DNA of 64,000 bases from an uncultured Eubacteriales bacterium (GCA_900316885.1 ONEQ01000012.1:2490-66489), one strand, 5' to 3'; positions 10,014-19,520 are shown, counted from the stretch's first letter. Made by a program: numbers and translations. The notes: generated from the sequence alone by a model not told the origin.

Positions 10014-10051
10014 AAGGCTGCTATGAAAAACCATAGCAGCCTTATTTGTTT
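10014..10051. terminator. Intrinsic terminator shared by pilT (+) and the convergent acyl-CoA synthetase (-)
   Basis: aaggctgctatg-aaaaac-catagcagcctt (12-bp stem) followed by atttgttt. An A-run lies upstream, so it can work on both strands. Confidence 0.75.
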
Positions 10052-10053
10052 GC

Positions 10054-10139
10054 GGATGGGGTGCAGGGGATCACATCCCCTGCCGGGAGTCCAGAGGGCA
10101 GCGCCCTCTGGTGGGGGTATGGGGGGCAAAGCCCCATCC
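10054..10139. repeat. GC-rich multi-hairpin element bounded by GGATGGGG / CCCCATCC
   Basis: Same 8-bp termini as 9942-10000. Three internal hairpins: gcaggggat-cac-atcccctgc, ccagagggc-agc-gccctctgg and atgggg-ggcaaag-ccccat. It abuts the stop codon of the acyl-CoA synthetase. Confidence 0.7.
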
Positions 10140-11782
10140 TACTTGCTGCGTTCGCGGAGAACGTTGTACTGCGTCTTGCCGCTGAACGTCTTGGGGAGCT
10201 CGTCAATGAACTCGATGAGTCGAGGATATTTGTACGGCGCCGTGCGCTCCTTGACGAACACCTGAAGTGCCTTTTTAAGATCCTCCGTGCCCTCGGTCCG
10301 GTCGCGGAGCACAACATATGCCTTGACAAGCTGACCGCGCTCCAGATCCGGGACGCCGATCACCGCACAGTCGCGGACAGCCGGATGCTGGATCAGCACG
10401 CTCTCGACCTCGAACGGTCCGATGCGGTAGCCGCTGGACTTGATAACATCGTCCACTCTGCCCACATAGTAATAATAGCCGTCCTCGTCCATGTAGGCGG
10501 TGTCGCCGGTGCTGTAGAGCCCGTTGCGCCAGTAACGCGCCGTCGCTTCCTCATTCTTCTCGTAGCCCATGCACAGACCCTCCGGCATCCGCTGACGGGT
10601 GTCGATCACGATCTCGCCGGTTTCACCGACAGGCACCGGATTCTGGTCATGATCCACGAGCATGACGGAGAACAGCGGATTCGGCTTGCCCATGGAGCCG
10701 CGTTTCGGCTGGGAGCCGCTGAAATTGCCGATGATGAGTGTCGTCTCGCTCTGCCCGAAGCCCTCCATGATCTCCAGTCCGGTATCCTCATGGAACAGGC
10801 GGATGATCTCCTCCTGAAGTGCCTCGCCGGCGGTGGAGGTATGCTGTACGCTTGCAAATGCCTCGCGGCGGATGCCGGTCTTTGCCATCAGGCGATAGAG
10901 CGTCGGCGGTGCGCAGAACGTCGTAACCTGGTACTTTTCGAGCACCTTCATGAGCATCTCGGCGTTGAAGCGCTCAAATTCAAACACCATGACCGCACTG
11001 CCGCAGAGCCACTGACCGTAGATCTTGCCCCACGAGCATTTCGCCCAGCCGGTATCCGCGACGGTCAGGTGCAGTCCGTCATTCTGGACGCACTGCCAGT
11101 ATTTTGCCGTGACGATATGCCCCAGCGGGTAGGTGAAGCTGTGAATGACCATCTTCGGATTGCCCGTCGTGCCGGATGTGAAGTACATCAGCATCGGATC
11201 CGTAGCGCGGGTCGGGATGCGCTCAATCTGCTCCGGCTGCGATGCCATCAGCACATCCAGCCGCTGGAATCCCTCGCGGTCTGCACGCACGGTGAGCAGA
11301 ATCGGCGGATGCTCCACCTCATGGACAGCCTCGCGCACGCGGTCGCAGAGATCCTCGGACTCCGCGCAGACAATCGCCTTGATGTCCGCCGCCCCGATGC
11401 GGTAGGTAATATCATGAACGCGCAGCATGTGGGTCGCCGGAACGATAACCGCCCCCAGCTTATGCAGCGCCGGCGCTATGAACCAGTATTCCCAGTGGCG
11501 CTTGAGCATGACAAGCACGCGGTCGCCCTTGCCGATGTTAAGCGTTCGCAGCGCACCGACCGCCTGGCTGGACAGGCGGCTGATCTCACCGAAGCTCAGC
11601 GTTTTCTCCGCGCCGGATTCATCACACCACTGCACGGCGCGTTTCTCCGGCTCTGCCTGAGCGATGGCATCCACCACGTCGTAGCCGAAATTAAAATTAT
11701 CCTCATAGTGCAGGGAAAAGCCCGCAAGCTGCCCATTCTCATCAAATGTCGTCGAACTGAAACGTTCACAAAGTGGTTCCAT
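10139..11782 (-). CDS. AMP-forming acyl-CoA synthetase (medium-chain/ACSM-like adenylate-forming enzyme)
   Basis: AMP-binding signature MYFTSGTTGNPKMV. STGDTAYMDEDGYYYYVGRVDDVIKSSGYRIGPFEVE. C-terminal LPKTFSGK. Confidence 0.88.
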   Translation of the reverse strand: MEPLCERFSSTTFDENGQLAGFSLHYEDNFNFGYDVVDAIAQAEPEKRAVQWCDESGAEKTLSFGEISRLSSQAVGALRTLNIGKGDRVLVMLKRHWEYWFIAPALHKLGAVIVPATHMLRVHDITYRIGAADIKAIVCAESEDLCDRVREAVHEVEHPPILLTVRADREGFQRLDVLMASQPEQIERIPTRATDPMLMYFTSGTTGNPKMVIHSFTYPLGHIVTAKYWQCVQNDGLHLTVADTGWAKCSWGKIYGQWLCGSAVMVFEFERFNAEMLMKVLEKYQVTTFCAPPTLYRLMAKTGIRREAFASVQHTSTAGEALQEEIIRLFHEDTGLEIMEGFGQSETTLIIGNFSGSQPKRGSMGKPNPLFSVMLVDHDQNPVPVGETGEIVIDTRQRMPEGLCMGYEKNEEATARYWRNGLYSTGDTAYMDEDGYYYYVGRVDDVIKSSGYRIGPFEVESVLIQHPAVRDCAVIGVPDLERGQLVKAYVVLRDRTEGTEDLKKALQVFVKERTAPYKYPRLIEFIDELPKTFSGKTQYNVLRERSK

Positions 11783-11906
11783 GGGATTACCTCGCTCTCC
11801 ATTTTCTTAAAAACTAACGGAAACTCTATCTAGTATCCAATACTATTATACATCGTATGGGCACTGTTGTCAAGTAGTTTACTATAGAAATTCAGGATAA
11901 CAGATT

Positions 11907-11925
11907 CCCCCACCGATGGTGGGGG
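11907..11925 (-). terminator. Hairpin downstream of accA (possible terminator or attenuator)
   Basis: cccccacc-gat-ggtggggg, an 8-bp GC stem, lies 9 nt past the accA stop. The downstream tract on the minus strand is only moderately T-rich. Confidence 0.4.
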
Positions 11926-11933
11926 CGTAAAGA

Positions 11934-12737
11934 TTACTTTTTCTTGACTTTTTCGTCGAAGTTGCCGAACTTGCGGAAACGGTCATATCTCTGTGCGAGC
12001 AGCTGCTCCTCGGACAGGGAGGACAGCTCGTCGATCGCGCCGACCAGGAGCTTGCGCATACCCTTGCACATCTTGGAAAAATCGTCGAAATTCTCCGGAA
12101 TGACAGCCTCGGCAACGCCGAAATTCTTCATATCATCCGCAGTGATGTGCAGGCAGTCTGCTGCCTTCGCCACGTTCTCAGGGGAGGATTCCTTCCAGAG
12201 GATGGACGCGCAGCCCTCGGGAGAAATGACGGAATATACCGCATTTTCGAGGATAAACACCTTGTTGGCAGACGCAAGTGCCAGCGCACCGCCGCTTCCG
12301 CCCTCACCGATGACAACGGAAATGACCGGTGTGCGCAGACCCATCATTTCCATGATGCTCTCTGCGATTGCCTGCCCCTGACCGCGCTCCTCGGCATCCG
12401 CACCCGGGTACGCACCCAGCGTATCCACAAAGCAGATGACCGGACGGTGGAACTTCTCCGCCTGCTTCATCAGGCGCAGCGCCTTGCGGTAGCCCTCGGG
12501 CTTGGGGCATCCGAAATTACGTGCCAGACGGCTGGGCAGATCAGTGCCCTTTTCCATGGCAAGGAAGGTGACCGGGCGCTTTTCGAGATAGGCAAGACCG
12601 CCGTAGATCGCCAGATCGTCACCGAATCGTCTGTCGCCGTGCAGCTCGATGGGAAGCTCAAAGATCTCCTCGATGTAGGCACCGCCGGTGGGTCTGCCGT
12701 TTTTTCTCGCTGTTTTCAGCTTTTCGTATGAAACCAT
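11934..12737 (-). CDS. accA: Acetyl-CoA carboxylase carboxyltransferase subunit alpha
   Basis: CFVDTLGAYPGADAEERGQGQAIA and VVIGEGGSGGALALA motifs. Follows accD. Confidence 0.92.
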   Translation of the reverse strand: MVSYEKLKTARKNGRPTGGAYIEEIFELPIELHGDRRFGDDLAIYGGLAYLEKRPVTFLAMEKGTDLPSRLARNFGCPKPEGYRKALRLMKQAEKFHRPVICFVDTLGAYPGADAEERGQGQAIAESIMEMMGLRTPVISVVIGEGGSGGALALASANKVFILENAVYSVISPEGCASILWKESSPENVAKAADCLHITADDMKNFGVAEAVIPENFDDFSKMCKGMRKLLVGAIDELSSLSEEQLLAQRYDRFRKFGNFDEKVKKK

Positions 12738-12750
12738 TCTGCTCCCCTCC

Positions 12751-13551
12751 TTATGCGTGCATCGCTAAGATCTGTGCGATGGTGTCCTTGAGCTGCGGAC
12801 GCGGAACGATGGCATCCACAAAGCCGTGCTCCAGCAGGAACTCGGCGCTCTGGAAATTGTCCGGCAGCTGGCTTTTGGTGGTCTGCTCGACCACACGTCT
12901 GCCGGCAAAGCCGACCAGCGCCTTGGGCTCTGCGAGGATGATGTCACCCTGCATCGCAAAGCTTGCGGTAACGCCGCCGGTGGTCGGATCCGTGAGGATC
13001 GTGAGGTACAGGAGCCCCTCGTTGCTGTGATTCTTGACCGCGCCGCTGACCTTTGCCATCTGCATGAGGGAGATGATGCCCTCCTGCATTCTTGCGCCGC
13101 CCGATGCCGTAAAGCCGACAACCGGGAGCTTATTTGCCGTGGCATGCTCGAACAGGCGGGTGATCTTCTCACCGACAACCGAACCCATGGATGCCATCAT
13201 AAACTTGGAATCCATGACGAATACCGCGCAGGGCTTGCCACCGATCTTGGCGGTGCCGCAGACAACGGCATCCTCCTCGTGGGTGGTGGAACGCGCCTTG
13301 TCGAGCTTCTCCTGATAGCTCGGGAAGTCGAGGAAATTCTTGCTGGTCAGACCCGTGAACAGCTCGGAAAAGCTGTGCTTGTCGCACATGAGATTGATGC
13401 GGTCACGCGCACCGAGACGGTACGCAAAGCCGCAGTTCGGGCAGATGTAAGAATTTTTGACGAGGTCGTACTCGGTTGCCTCGTATTCGCATTTCTTGCA
13501 CTTGACCTTGGCGGAGCCGCTGACCTTCTGTACAATGTCCATGAGACCCAT
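12751..13551 (-). CDS. accD: Acetyl-CoA carboxylase carboxyltransferase subunit beta
   Basis: N-terminal zinc ribbon CKKCEY...CPNCGF and SGGARMQEG. The start overlaps the fabZ stop (TAATG). Confidence 0.92.
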   Translation of the reverse strand: MGLMDIVQKVSGSAKVKCKKCEYEATEYDLVKNSYICPNCGFAYRLGARDRINLMCDKHSFSELFTGLTSKNFLDFPSYQEKLDKARSTTHEEDAVVCGTAKIGGKPCAVFVMDSKFMMASMGSVVGEKITRLFEHATANKLPVVGFTASGGARMQEGIISLMQMAKVSGAVKNHSNEGLLYLTILTDPTTGGVTASFAMQGDIILAEPKALVGFAGRRVVEQTTKSQLPDNFQSAEFLLEHGFVDAIVPRPQLKDTIAQILAMHA

Positions 13552-13973
13552 TATTCTGCCTCCTTATCGACCAGAGCAAAGGAAAACTCTGCCTTGACCG
13601 CAAGCTTGCCGCCGACGGTGCCCTTACCCTCGCAGAAGAAGAAGGGACCCTTGCTGCGGACGATTTTACATTCTGTCTCGTAGGTATCGCCGGGGCGTAC
13701 CGGATGCTTGAACTTCACGCCGTCGAGGGTGGTGAAGAACGGGGTCTTGCCCTCTGCCTTGCCTGCGAGCAGGACACAGGCGGACTGTGCGAGGATCTCG
13801 CACAGAATCACGCCCGGAACAACGGGATTCCCCGGAAAATGCCCCTTGAGGAAGAACTCCTCGCCGGTGATGGTGAGCTTGCCGTGTGCGGTGTCGTCCT
13901 CGGCAATGACCTCGTCGAGGAGCAGCATATTATCCCGGTGGGGGATGATCTTCATGATTTCTTCTCTGTTCAT
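13551..13973 (-). CDS. fabZ: 3-hydroxyacyl-ACP dehydratase FabZ
   Basis: [13 protein letters not shown] and [20 protein letters not shown] hot-dog motifs. 140 aa. Confidence 0.93.
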   Translation of the reverse strand: MNREEIMKIIPHRDNMLLLDEVIAEDDTAHGKLTITGEEFFLKGHFPGNPVVPGVILCEILAQSACVLLAGKAEGKTPFFTTLDGVKFKHPVRPGDTYETECKIVRSKGPFFFCEGKGTVGGKLAVKAEFSFALVDKEAE

Positions 13974-13981
13974 GGAGCACC

Positions 13982-15205
13982 TTACACTTTCTTGAATGCC
14001 ACGCAGGCATTGTGACCGCCGAAGCCGAGGTTCGAGCAGATTGCGAGCTCCAGCTCGGTCTGAACCGCCTTGTTCGGGGTATAATCGAGATCCAGCTCCG
14101 GATCCGGCTCGGTGTAGTGGATGGTCGGCGGAACGGTGTTGTTCTCAAGCGCGAGGATGCATGCGATGCACTCGACAGCGCCGGTTGCGCCGAGCATATG
14201 ACCGGTCACGGACTTGGTAGAGCTGATGTGAAGCTTCTTTGCCTCGTCACCGAATGCGACCTTGAGCGCGGTAGTCTCGGTCTTGTCATTGAGCGGGGTA
14301 GAGGTGCCGTGTGCATTCACATAGACCTTGGACAGATCCACGCTCTTGTCCGGGATGGAATCGAGGATTGCCTTGGCAACGTACTTTGCCTCCGGATCGG
14401 GTGCAGTGACGTGATGCGCATCGCAGGTGGAGCCGTAGCCGACAACCTCTGCGAGGATCTTGGCGCCGCGAGCCTTGGCGTGCTCGTATTCCTCAAGCAC
14501 CAGAACGCCGGCACCCTCTGCCATAATGAAGCCGTTGCGGTTCTTGTCGAAGGGCTTGCAGGCGGACTCGGGATCGGGGTTATCGGACAGTGCCTGGCAG
14601 TTGCCGAAGCCGGCAACGGTCAGGGGATTGATGGCAGCCTCGGAGCCGCCCGCGATCATGGCATCGGCATAGCCGTGCAGGATGGTGCGGTAGCTCTCGC
14701 CGACAGCGGTCGTACCGGTTGCACATGCGGTGGAAACCGCCACGCACGGACCGTTTGCGCCGTACTCAATGGCGAGGTTGCCGGCTGCGATGTTGTAGAT
14801 CATCTTGGGAACGAAGTGCGGGGAGACCTTGCGGGGACCCTTTTCCAGCAGATTCTGGTGATCGGTGCAGAGTGTCTCCATGCCGCCGATGCCGGAGCCA
14901 AAGCAAACGCCCATGCGGTCACTCTCGATCGTACCGACGATGCCGCTCTGCTCCAGTGCTTCCTTGGCAGCCGCCAGTGCGAACTGGGTGAACGGATCCG
15001 TTTTGCGGACGGTCATTTTGCCGAGTACCTCTGCGGCATCGAAGCCCTTGACCTCGCCGGCTACCTTGTATTTTGATTCGCTTACGTCAAACTTGGTGAT
15101 GGTACCAATGCCGTTTTTGCCGGCGAACATGGCGTTCTTGAATTCCTCGACATTATTGCCGATGGGATTCACGGTACCCATACCGGTGATGACAACTCTT
15201 CTCAT
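13982..15205 (-). CDS. fabF: Beta-ketoacyl-ACP synthase II FabF
   Basis: MRRVVITGMG start with AGGAGG 10 nt upstream; the ORF-track start 15226 contains the RBS. AVSTACATG (Cys), NAHGTSTPLND and TGHMLGATG (His-His). Confidence 0.93.
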   Translation of the reverse strand: MRRVVITGMGTVNPIGNNVEEFKNAMFAGKNGIGTITKFDVSESKYKVAGEVKGFDAAEVLGKMTVRKTDPFTQFALAAAKEALEQSGIVGTIESDRMGVCFGSGIGGMETLCTDHQNLLEKGPRKVSPHFVPKMIYNIAAGNLAIEYGANGPCVAVSTACATGTTAVGESYRTILHGYADAMIAGGSEAAINPLTVAGFGNCQALSDNPDPESACKPFDKNRNGFIMAEGAGVLVLEEYEHAKARGAKILAEVVGYGSTCDAHHVTAPDPEAKYVAKAILDSIPDKSVDLSKVYVNAHGTSTPLNDKTETTALKVAFGDEAKKLHISSTKSVTGHMLGATGAVECIACILALENNTVPPTIHYTEPDPELDLDYTPNKAVQTELELAICSNLGFGGHNACVAFKKV

Positions 15206-15238
15206 TGCTATGTTGCCTCCTGACATTTTGTATGTTAT

Positions 15239-15330
15239 GGGGTGGGACTCTTCGGGAGCGTCCCACCCCCAGCCCCCTCCCCGGAGGGGAGGGGGCTTCG
15301 TGCAGGGGGCTGCGCCCCCTGCACCCCCCC
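15239..15330. repeat. GC-rich triple-hairpin module inside the fabG-fabF intergenic region
   Basis: Three hairpins: ggtgggac-(11 nt)-gtcccacc, ccccctcccc-gga-ggggaggggg and gcagggggc-tgc-gccccctgc. The last two also occur at 22045-22092 and, three times, in 26400-26630. Confidence 0.8.
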
Positions 15331-15462
15331 TTATATGGCGGCTATGCCGCCGGAATCAGAACAAACCCAGCTTTGCCCGCTCGCCAAAGGCGAAGGGCAT
15401 TGCGGACCCTAGAAAGATACGCTCTCAATCTTCGGAGCAAGGTGGGTGCAGCGTCACGCTGC

Positions 15463-16197
15463 TCACATTGCCATTCCGCCATCACATCTGATGACTTCTC
15501 CGGTGATGAAATCCGACATCGGAGATGCGAGGAACAGTGCGAGGTTTGCAACCTCCTCCGGCTTGCCGAAGCGTCCCATCGGGATCGCCTTCTTCAGCTC
15601 GTCATTGCCCTGGAATGCAACGGTCATGGGCGTTTCGATAAAGCCCGGTGCAATCGCATTCACGTTGATATTGCGGCTTGCCAGCTCCTTGGCGGTGGAC
15701 TTGGTCAGTCCGATGATACCAGCCTTGGAGGACGAATAGTTCGCCTGTCCTGCATTGCCGAACAAGCCCGAAATCGAGCTGATGTTGATGATTTTGCCGT
15801 AACGCTTCTTCATCATCGGGCGGTAGAAGTTCTTAATCATGTAGAATGCGCCCTTCAGGTTCACGTCTACGACCAGATCAAAATCCGCCTCGCTCATCTT
15901 CAGGATCAGATTGTCACGGGTGATACCGGCGTTATTCACCAGAATATCCACGCTGCCGAAATCGTCCAGAATCTGCTTGCAGACCTCTGCGACCTGCTCC
16001 GCATTGCCCACGTTGCACTGGTAGGACTTGCAGGATACGCCCAGCTCGTCAATTGCCTTGACGGAAGGTGCTGCCTTCTCTGCGTCGCAGATGTCCACGA
16101 TGGCGATATTGGCACCGTTCTCCGCGAGCTTCTTCGCGATCTCGAAGCCGATGCCCTGTGTGCTGCCCGTTACGACAGCCGTTTTACCTTTTAACAT
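15463..16197 (-). CDS. fabG: 3-oxoacyl-ACP reductase FabG
   Basis: SDR: TGSTQGIG Rossmann motif and the NYSSSKAG catalytic Y-x3-K. 244 aa. Confidence 0.92.
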   Translation of the reverse strand: MLKGKTAVVTGSTQGIGFEIAKKLAENGANIAIVDICDAEKAAPSVKAIDELGVSCKSYQCNVGNAEQVAEVCKQILDDFGSVDILVNNAGITRDNLILKMSEADFDLVVDVNLKGAFYMIKNFYRPMMKKRYGKIINISSISGLFGNAGQANYSSSKAGIIGLTKSTAKELASRNINVNAIAPGFIETPMTVAFQGNDELKKAIPMGRFGKPEEVANLALFLASPMSDFITGEVIRCDGGMAM

Positions 16198-16209
16198 GGC
16201 AGTTCCTCC

Positions 16210-17124
16210 TTATGCTTTCAGCGCTTCCAGCGTTTCGTTCAGTGTTGCCGTATCCTCGACACGGTATACCTTCGCATCCGGGAGGATCTGGGAAATCAGC
16301 TTCTGGAGCGTATTGCCCACGCCGCACTCGACGAACGTATCAAAGCCGTCCTCTGCCATTCTGCGGATCAGCTTCACCCACTGTACCGGGTGATTGATCT
16401 GCTCAAGCATGGTTGCCTTGGGATCGCCCTCATAGGGAGCTGCCGTGAAATTGGCATAGACCGGGATCTCCGGGAGCTTCACGTCATAGGCTGCAAGCTC
16501 CTTGCCGAACGGCTCGATCGCCGGGGTCATGTACGGCGAATGGAACGCGCCGCTGACATTCAGCATCAGACCGCGTCCCTTTGCCGCCTTGACATCGGCT
16601 GCGAGGGCTTCGAGCTGTGCCTTGTCGCCGGAAACAACCAGCTGCACCGGGGAATTGTAATTGACCGGAAATACCTTATCATAGGGCTTGCAGAGCTCCT
16701 CGACCTGCTCGATCGGAAGCTTGACGCAAGCCATCATGGAAACGTCCTGACCCTCGCCGGCCTTTGCCATTGCCGCACCGCGGTGCATCGCAATGTGGAA
16801 GCCGTCGATCTGGGAGTAAGCGCCGCCGATTGCCAGCGCCGGGATCTCACCGAGGGAGAAACCAGCCAGACCCTCCGGCTGGATGCCGTTTTCCATGAGC
16901 GCCAGCGCTGCTGCCAGATCGGTCAGATACAGGCAGGGCTGGGTGTTCTGGGTCTGTTTCAGCTCTGTGCCGTCGCCCTCGAACATCTGCGCGAGGGTGC
17001 CCGGACGGTCTGCCTCTGCGGCATTGAACAGGTCAGCGACCGGCTTCAGATTCTCGTAGAAATCCTTCGCCATGCCCACATGCTGTGCGCCCTGACCGGA
17101 AAATACAAATGCTACTTTACCCAT
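16210..17124 (-). CDS. fabD: Malonyl-CoA:ACP transacylase FabD
   Basis: FSGQGAQ and GFSLGE active-site Ser motifs. Confidence 0.92.
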   Translation of the reverse strand: MGKVAFVFSGQGAQHVGMAKDFYENLKPVADLFNAAEADRPGTLAQMFEGDGTELKQTQNTQPCLYLTDLAAALALMENGIQPEGLAGFSLGEIPALAIGGAYSQIDGFHIAMHRGAAMAKAGEGQDVSMMACVKLPIEQVEELCKPYDKVFPVNYNSPVQLVVSGDKAQLEALAADVKAAKGRGLMLNVSGAFHSPYMTPAIEPFGKELAAYDVKLPEIPVYANFTAAPYEGDPKATMLEQINHPVQWVKLIRRMAEDGFDTFVECGVGNTLQKLISQILPDAKVYRVEDTATLNETLEALKA

Positions 17125-18062
17125 GCTGCGGCTCCTTTCAGCAGGCTTTCTGCCTCCTGCATGATTTCGGTGACGATCTCCTGACAGGTCTGCTCCTTGT
17201 TCACGAGACCGGAGATCTGTCCGGCAAGCACGCTGCCGGTCTTGACATCACCCTCGACCGCTGCACGGCGGAGCGAACCTGCACCGAGATCGGCAACGCT
17301 CTCCGGTGTTGCATCGGGTGCATACTCCTCCTTGACGAAGTTGCGGGTGAAATTATTCTTGATGCCGCGGCAGGTGTTGCCGCCAAACCGGCGACCGGTG
17401 ACCTGCGTGGAAATGTCCTTTGCCTTGAGCACCATGTCCTTGTAATTCTGATGCACGCCGCACTCCTTTGCCACGAGGAAACGGGTTCCCATCTGCACGC
17501 CGACTGCGCCGAGCATGAGTGCTGCGGCGATGCCGCGTCCGTCACCGATACCGCCCGCAGCCAATACGGGGATTGAAACGGCATCCACGACCTGCGGCAC
17601 GAGTGCCATCGTGGTGAGCTCACCGATATGACCGCCGGACTCCTGTCCCTCTGCGATCACGGCATCCGCGCCAGCCTTTTCCGCCTGCTTTGCCATCGCA
17701 GCGGATGCGATGACCGGGATAACCTTGATGCCGGCTTCCTTCCACATGGGGATGTACGGCTGAGAGCTGCCGGCGCCTGTTGTGACAACGGCGGGCTTTT
17801 CCTCTGCGCAGACCTGAGCGCACTCAGCGGCAAAGGGGCTCATGAGCATAATATTCACGCCGAAGGGCTTATCTGTTAAGCTCTTGGCGATTTTAATCTG
17901 TTCTCTGACATATTCAGCATTGGCGTTCATTGCCGAAATGATTCCCAGACCGCCGGCATTGGAGACCGCTGCGGCAAGCTTGCCGTCAGCGATCCATGCC
18001 ATACCGCCCTGGAATACCGGATACTGAATACCGAGCATTTCACAAATAGGCGACTGTACCAT
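17112..18062 (-). CDS. fabK: Enoyl-ACP reductase II (FMN-dependent, FabK)
   Basis: IQYPVFQGGMAWIADGKLAAAVSNAGGLGII, nitronate-monooxygenase fold. Positioned between acpP and fabD, as in FabK-type clusters. Confidence 0.88.
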   Translation of the reverse strand: MVQSPICEMLGIQYPVFQGGMAWIADGKLAAAVSNAGGLGIISAMNANAEYVREQIKIAKSLTDKPFGVNIMLMSPFAAECAQVCAEEKPAVVTTGAGSSQPYIPMWKEAGIKVIPVIASAAMAKQAEKAGADAVIAEGQESGGHIGELTTMALVPQVVDAVSIPVLAAGGIGDGRGIAAALMLGAVGVQMGTRFLVAKECGVHQNYKDMVLKAKDISTQVTGRRFGGNTCRGIKNNFTRNFVKEEYAPDATPESVADLGAGSLRRAAVEGDVKTGSVLAGQISGLVNKEQTCQEIVTEIMQEAESLLKGAAAWVK

Positions 18063-18065
18063 AGC

Positions 18066-18290
18066 TTAGCCCTCTACGAGCTTCTCTACAGCCTCGACCA
18101 GCTTGCCAACGGTATTGATCTCCGGAGAGGGAGTGAACTCAATGCTGAATTCGTCCTCCAGATCCATTGCCATCTCGGTCATATCGAGAGAATCAATGCC
18201 CAGATCGGAGAACTGGGTGTCCAGAGTGATGTCTGCTGCGTCTGTGTCAGTCGCCTCTGCCAGCATTGCGATGATTTTTTCCTTTACCAT
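18066..18290 (-). CDS. acpP: Acyl carrier protein
   Basis: 74 aa, acidic, DLGIDSLD phosphopantetheine attachment motif. Confidence 0.93.
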   Translation of the reverse strand: MVKEKIIAMLAEATDTDAADITLDTQFSDLGIDSLDMTEMAMDLEDEFSIEFTPSPEINTVGKLVEAVEKLVEG

Positions 18291-18375
18291 TGTCTTTACT
18301 CCTTTTTTGTGATATAATAAATATATGTGTATCGGGGGAGTCCCCGTATACGCCTTTGGGGTTGCTCAGCCTGTC

Positions 18376-19332
18376 TTAATACTCGATCAGGCAGGCCATG
18401 TTGGAAAGTCCGCCGCCGAATGCGCAGAGAATCAGCTTGTCGCCGCGCTTCAGCTTGCCGGATGCCTTCAGCTCGTGCAGTGCCATCGGAATGGAGGCAC
18501 TCGAGGTGTTGCCATACTTGGCGATGTTGGAAACGAACTTTGCTGGGTCTGTTTTCAGACGCTTTGCCGCAAAGTCGAGGATACGCTGGTTTGCCTGGTG
18601 CGGTACAATATAGGCGATATCGTCGATGGTGAGGTTGTTGCGCTCCAGGAGCGTGTTGATATCGGACTCGATCGAGGAAACCGCATACTTGAAGGTCTCC
18701 TGACCAGCCATATGGATGTACGGGGTGTCCTGCTCGGTCTTGAACCACGGGGACATGCCGATGAAATGCGGGATCTTGATGACATCGTCGCCGCCCTTGA
18801 CCGTGCAGACGGAATCGAGGTAGCCCTCACCGCGCTCCAGCACAGCCGAGCCCGCACCGTCACCGAAGATGACGCAGGTGCTGCGGTCATTCCAGTCGAG
18901 GATGCCGCTCATGCGCTCGCAGCCGACAACCAGGATCCGCTTGTATTCTTTATGTAATGCAAAGAATGCCGCTGCCGTCTCCAGCAGGAACAGGAATGCA
19001 GAGCAAGCAGCATTGACTTCCATTGCAGGGCATGTCGCACCCAGACGGTTCTGGATCATGCAGGCCATGGACGGAGAAACGGTCTCGCCGCTGACAGTCG
19101 CCGCCAGGATCATATCGAGATCCTCCGTCTTGATGCCGGCGTCGTCGAGTGCTGCCTGTGCAGCCTTGGCACCCATCTCCGAGGTGAATTCCGTTTCGGA
19201 AATGCGGCGCTCTCTGATGCCGACACGCTTCTGGATCCACTCGTCGTTGGTCTCTACGATCTGTGCCAGATCATCATTGGTGACAGCCTTTGGCGGCACA
19301 TACATGCCCGTACCGGTGATACGAAAACTCAT
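18376..19332 (-). CDS. fabH: Beta-ketoacyl-ACP synthase III FabH
   Basis: VNAACSAF (Cys), VPHQANQRI (His) and GNTSSASIP (Asn) catalytic triad context. Confidence 0.93.
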   Translation of the reverse strand: MSFRITGTGMYVPPKAVTNDDLAQIVETNDEWIQKRVGIRERRISETEFTSEMGAKAAQAALDDAGIKTEDLDMILAATVSGETVSPSMACMIQNRLGATCPAMEVNAACSAFLFLLETAAAFFALHKEYKRILVVGCERMSGILDWNDRSTCVIFGDGAGSAVLERGEGYLDSVCTVKGGDDVIKIPHFIGMSPWFKTEQDTPYIHMAGQETFKYAVSSIESDINTLLERNNLTIDDIAYIVPHQANQRILDFAAKRLKTDPAKFVSNIAKYGNTSSASIPMALHELKASGKLKRGDKLILCAFGGGLSNMACLIEY

Positions 19333-19365
19333 TTGTTTGCCTCCCAGAAATTTTTTGTGTCCATT

Positions 19366-19385
19366 ATCTTAGTAACAGCTAAGAT
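19366..19385. promoter_or_regulatory. Palindrome upstream of fabH (candidate operator)
   Basis: atcttag-taacag-ctaagat, 7-bp arms, sits 34-53 nt upstream of the fabH ATG in the divergent region shared with the ECF sigma gene. Confidence 0.3.
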
Positions 19386-19520
19386 ACAGATTGTTACAGA
19401 AATAACCAGCCAATCTCGAAAAGAAATAATAGGCTGATTTTGTATATTTTCACGAAAACGTCCGCTGTAACATTTGGCGGCGTTCCCGCTACTAACACTA
19501 TTGAAAGCCGAGGTGCTGCA

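Noticed and set aside
10046-11833. 595-aa plus-strand ORF
   Set aside because: It is antisense to the acyl-CoA synthetase, which has a clear AMP-binding signature. It begins inside a GC-rich repeat and has an Arg/Ala/His-rich composition.
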